From a virus, in the IMG/VR virus record IMGVR_UViG_3300044684_000161, positions 1 to 64,000 of that record: 64,000 nucleotides of DNA; one strand, 5' to 3'. The first letter of the stretch is position 1, and every line of letters starts with the position of its first letter. Under the pieces are notes generated by a model. It was not told the origin of the DNA. It did no database searches and was given only the letters and a program-made list of their open reading frames with translations. The translations under genes and the position numbers were made by a program. Below are positions 62,891 to 64,000 of the stretch, one piece after another.

Positions 62891-63102
62891 CGACTCCGAC
62901 GCTCGCCGCGCTCAGTGCAGTAAGTGCACAGATGTCGTCCCATCGCGCGCCGTAGCGGCGGCATCTCGATCTCGCATTCCTCGCACTCGGCCGGCCCGTA
63001 GCCGGGTTCGTCTGGCTCAAGAAGGCGGCGCTGCACGCGCGGTCGGTTGTTACGCTCCCAGTCCAGGGCCTCGAGCTCTTGTGCGATATCTTCGGTCGAC
63101 AT
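62857..63102 (-). CDS. TraR/DksA C4 zinc-finger protein
   Basis: EDIAQELE..CEECEIEMP..RR..LCTYC. Confidence 0.8.
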   Translation of the reverse strand: MSTEDIAQELEALDWERNNRPRVQRRLLEPDEPGYGPAECEECEIEMPPLRRAMGRHLCTYCTERGERRSRQIPSAFFAES

Positions 63103-63116
63103 TTTTCCCCCAGTCG

Positions 63117-63311
63117 TCATTCCGGCCGATAGACCTGACGGCCCTTCGGCTGTGTCTTTGCAATCGCGAGGCGTGACTCGTTCCGCTTGCGCAGTTCGAG
63201 CAGTTCGTTCGCAGTGCCGATCACGTACATCGCGCGCACGGTGCCGAACATCAGTCTCTCGCGTTGTACGTTGGCATCATTGTGCTGTTCCGACCGGCGG
63301 TCTTGTGGCAT
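63117..63311 (-). CDS. Hypothetical protein
   Basis: GGAG RBS; follows the promoter at ~63345. Confidence 0.55.
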   Translation of the reverse strand: MPQDRRSEQHNDANVQRERLMFGTVRAMYVIGTANELLELRKRNESRLAIAKTQPKGRQVYRPE

Positions 63312-63339
63312 TGCCTGCTCCGTTTGTTGGTGTGAGGCA

Positions 63340-63357
63340 ATGATAATCAAATTTGAT
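63340..63357 (-). promoter_or_regulatory. Promoter with ATCAAATTTGAT operator
   Basis: Minus strand ATCAAATTTGAT-TATCAT. Confidence 0.55.
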
Positions 63358-63377
63358 TAAATGACGTTGGGATGTGC

Positions 63378-63408
63378 AAAAAAACAACGCCAGGAATCTG
63401 TCCTGGCG
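63378..63408 (-). terminator. Intrinsic terminator after the integrase operon
   Basis: Minus strand CGCCAGGA-N5-TCCTGGCG-TTGTTTTTTT. Confidence 0.75.
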
Positions 63409-63415
63409 CTGCTTA

Positions 63416-63595
63416 CTACTCACGTTCGACGGTCCAGCCGTCCGGCGTTCGCTCTCGATCCGTTTCGGGGTTCTCCTTGAGCCGACGCATCGCGGCGCTC
63501 ACGTCGAGGAGAGGAACATTGCGTTCCGTGACGCCACCGGTGATGAGCTCGCCGTCAGCATCAAGGACACGATACGTCACAGGTGCGACGATCAT
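63416..63595 (-). CDS. 59-aa hypothetical protein
   Basis: GGAGG RBS; ATGA overlap with the integrase stop; MIVAPVTYRVLDADG... Confidence 0.55.
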   Translation of the reverse strand: MIVAPVTYRVLDADGELITGGVTERNVPLLDVSAAMRRLKENPETDRERTPDGWTVERE

Positions 63596-64000
63596 ATAGC
63601 CTCCTCGGGCTGCCGGGCCCAGTTCTGCGTAATCACGCTGGCGACCGTATTGATTGCGCGCGCCTGATCGGTTGCGAGGCCGTGCAGGTAGCGTTCAGTC
63701 GTCGATAGCTGGCGGTGGCCGAGCATCGTCGCGACCTGCTTTTGCGTCAGGCCAGCCATATGCGCGAGCGAGCCGGCGGTGTGCCGCAGATCATGGATGC
63801 GCATCTCCGGCGGCAACTCGGCGCGCTGCTTAATGCGCTTCCAGATGCCTTGCGGGTGCATCATGTGCTCGCCAGCAATGCGGCCCGGGATGAGCCATTT
63901 GCCTTCCTCGATGCCGTTGATAATCTCCATCGCTGCTGACGACAGGGCGATACGCCGCTGACCGACTTTGCTGTCCGGCAGCAGCAGCAGCGAGCGCTCG
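63592..64000 (-). CDS. int: Tyrosine recombinase/integrase, C-terminal part (5'-truncated)
   Basis: LPDSKVG, RIHDLRHTAGS, MLGHRQLSTTERY catalytic motifs. Confidence 0.93.
   Translation of the reverse strand, partial: ERSLLLLPDSKVGQRRIALSSAAMEIINGIEEGKWLIPGRIAGEHMMHPQGIWKRIKQRAELPPEMRIHDLRHTAGSLAHMAGLTQKQVATMLGHRQLSTTERYLHGLATDQARAINTVASVITQNWARQPEEAI

Larger units (their letters stand above)
1..64000. mobile_element. Temperate myophage/prophage spanning the whole window
   Basis: Complete packaging, head, contractile tail and lysis modules plus an integrase; no host housekeeping genes seen. Confidence 0.93.

Noticed and set aside
63360-63600. attP/attL site next to the integrase
   Set aside because: No tRNA 3' fragment or duplicated core is visible, and phage-like genes continue on this side of the integrase

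Overview
This window is the body of a GC-rich temperate myophage or prophage. A tyrosine integrase is truncated at the right edge, and the codon style suggests a Burkholderiaceae-like host (inference). From left to right it holds: terminase genes; a holin/lipoprotein/lipase cassette; two DNA methyltransferases, the C5 enzyme carrying an overprinted beta-subunit-like ORF; a ~2.1 kb leftward non-coding region; a leftward block of small accessory genes (12.1-24.4 kb); then portal, head-associated and polyvalent proteins, protease, scaffold, capsid, neck, contractile tail, baseplate, fibres and lysis genes. The standout feature is the non-coding region at 9.87-11.96 kb. It has its own promoter and terminator and is built from back-to-back structured RNA modules: one C4-type antisense RNA, tRNA-like elements, and four copies of a covarying scaffold that encloses unrelated cargo sequences. 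Three dispersed intergenic DNA motifs are also visible: a CGTGAC-N2-(-10) promoter that often yields leaderless mRNAs, a TCAAATTTGA palindrome, and an 11-bp-period GCGCCC(G/T)A tandem repeat. All functional calls come from motif recognition by eye; no database search or folding program was run.
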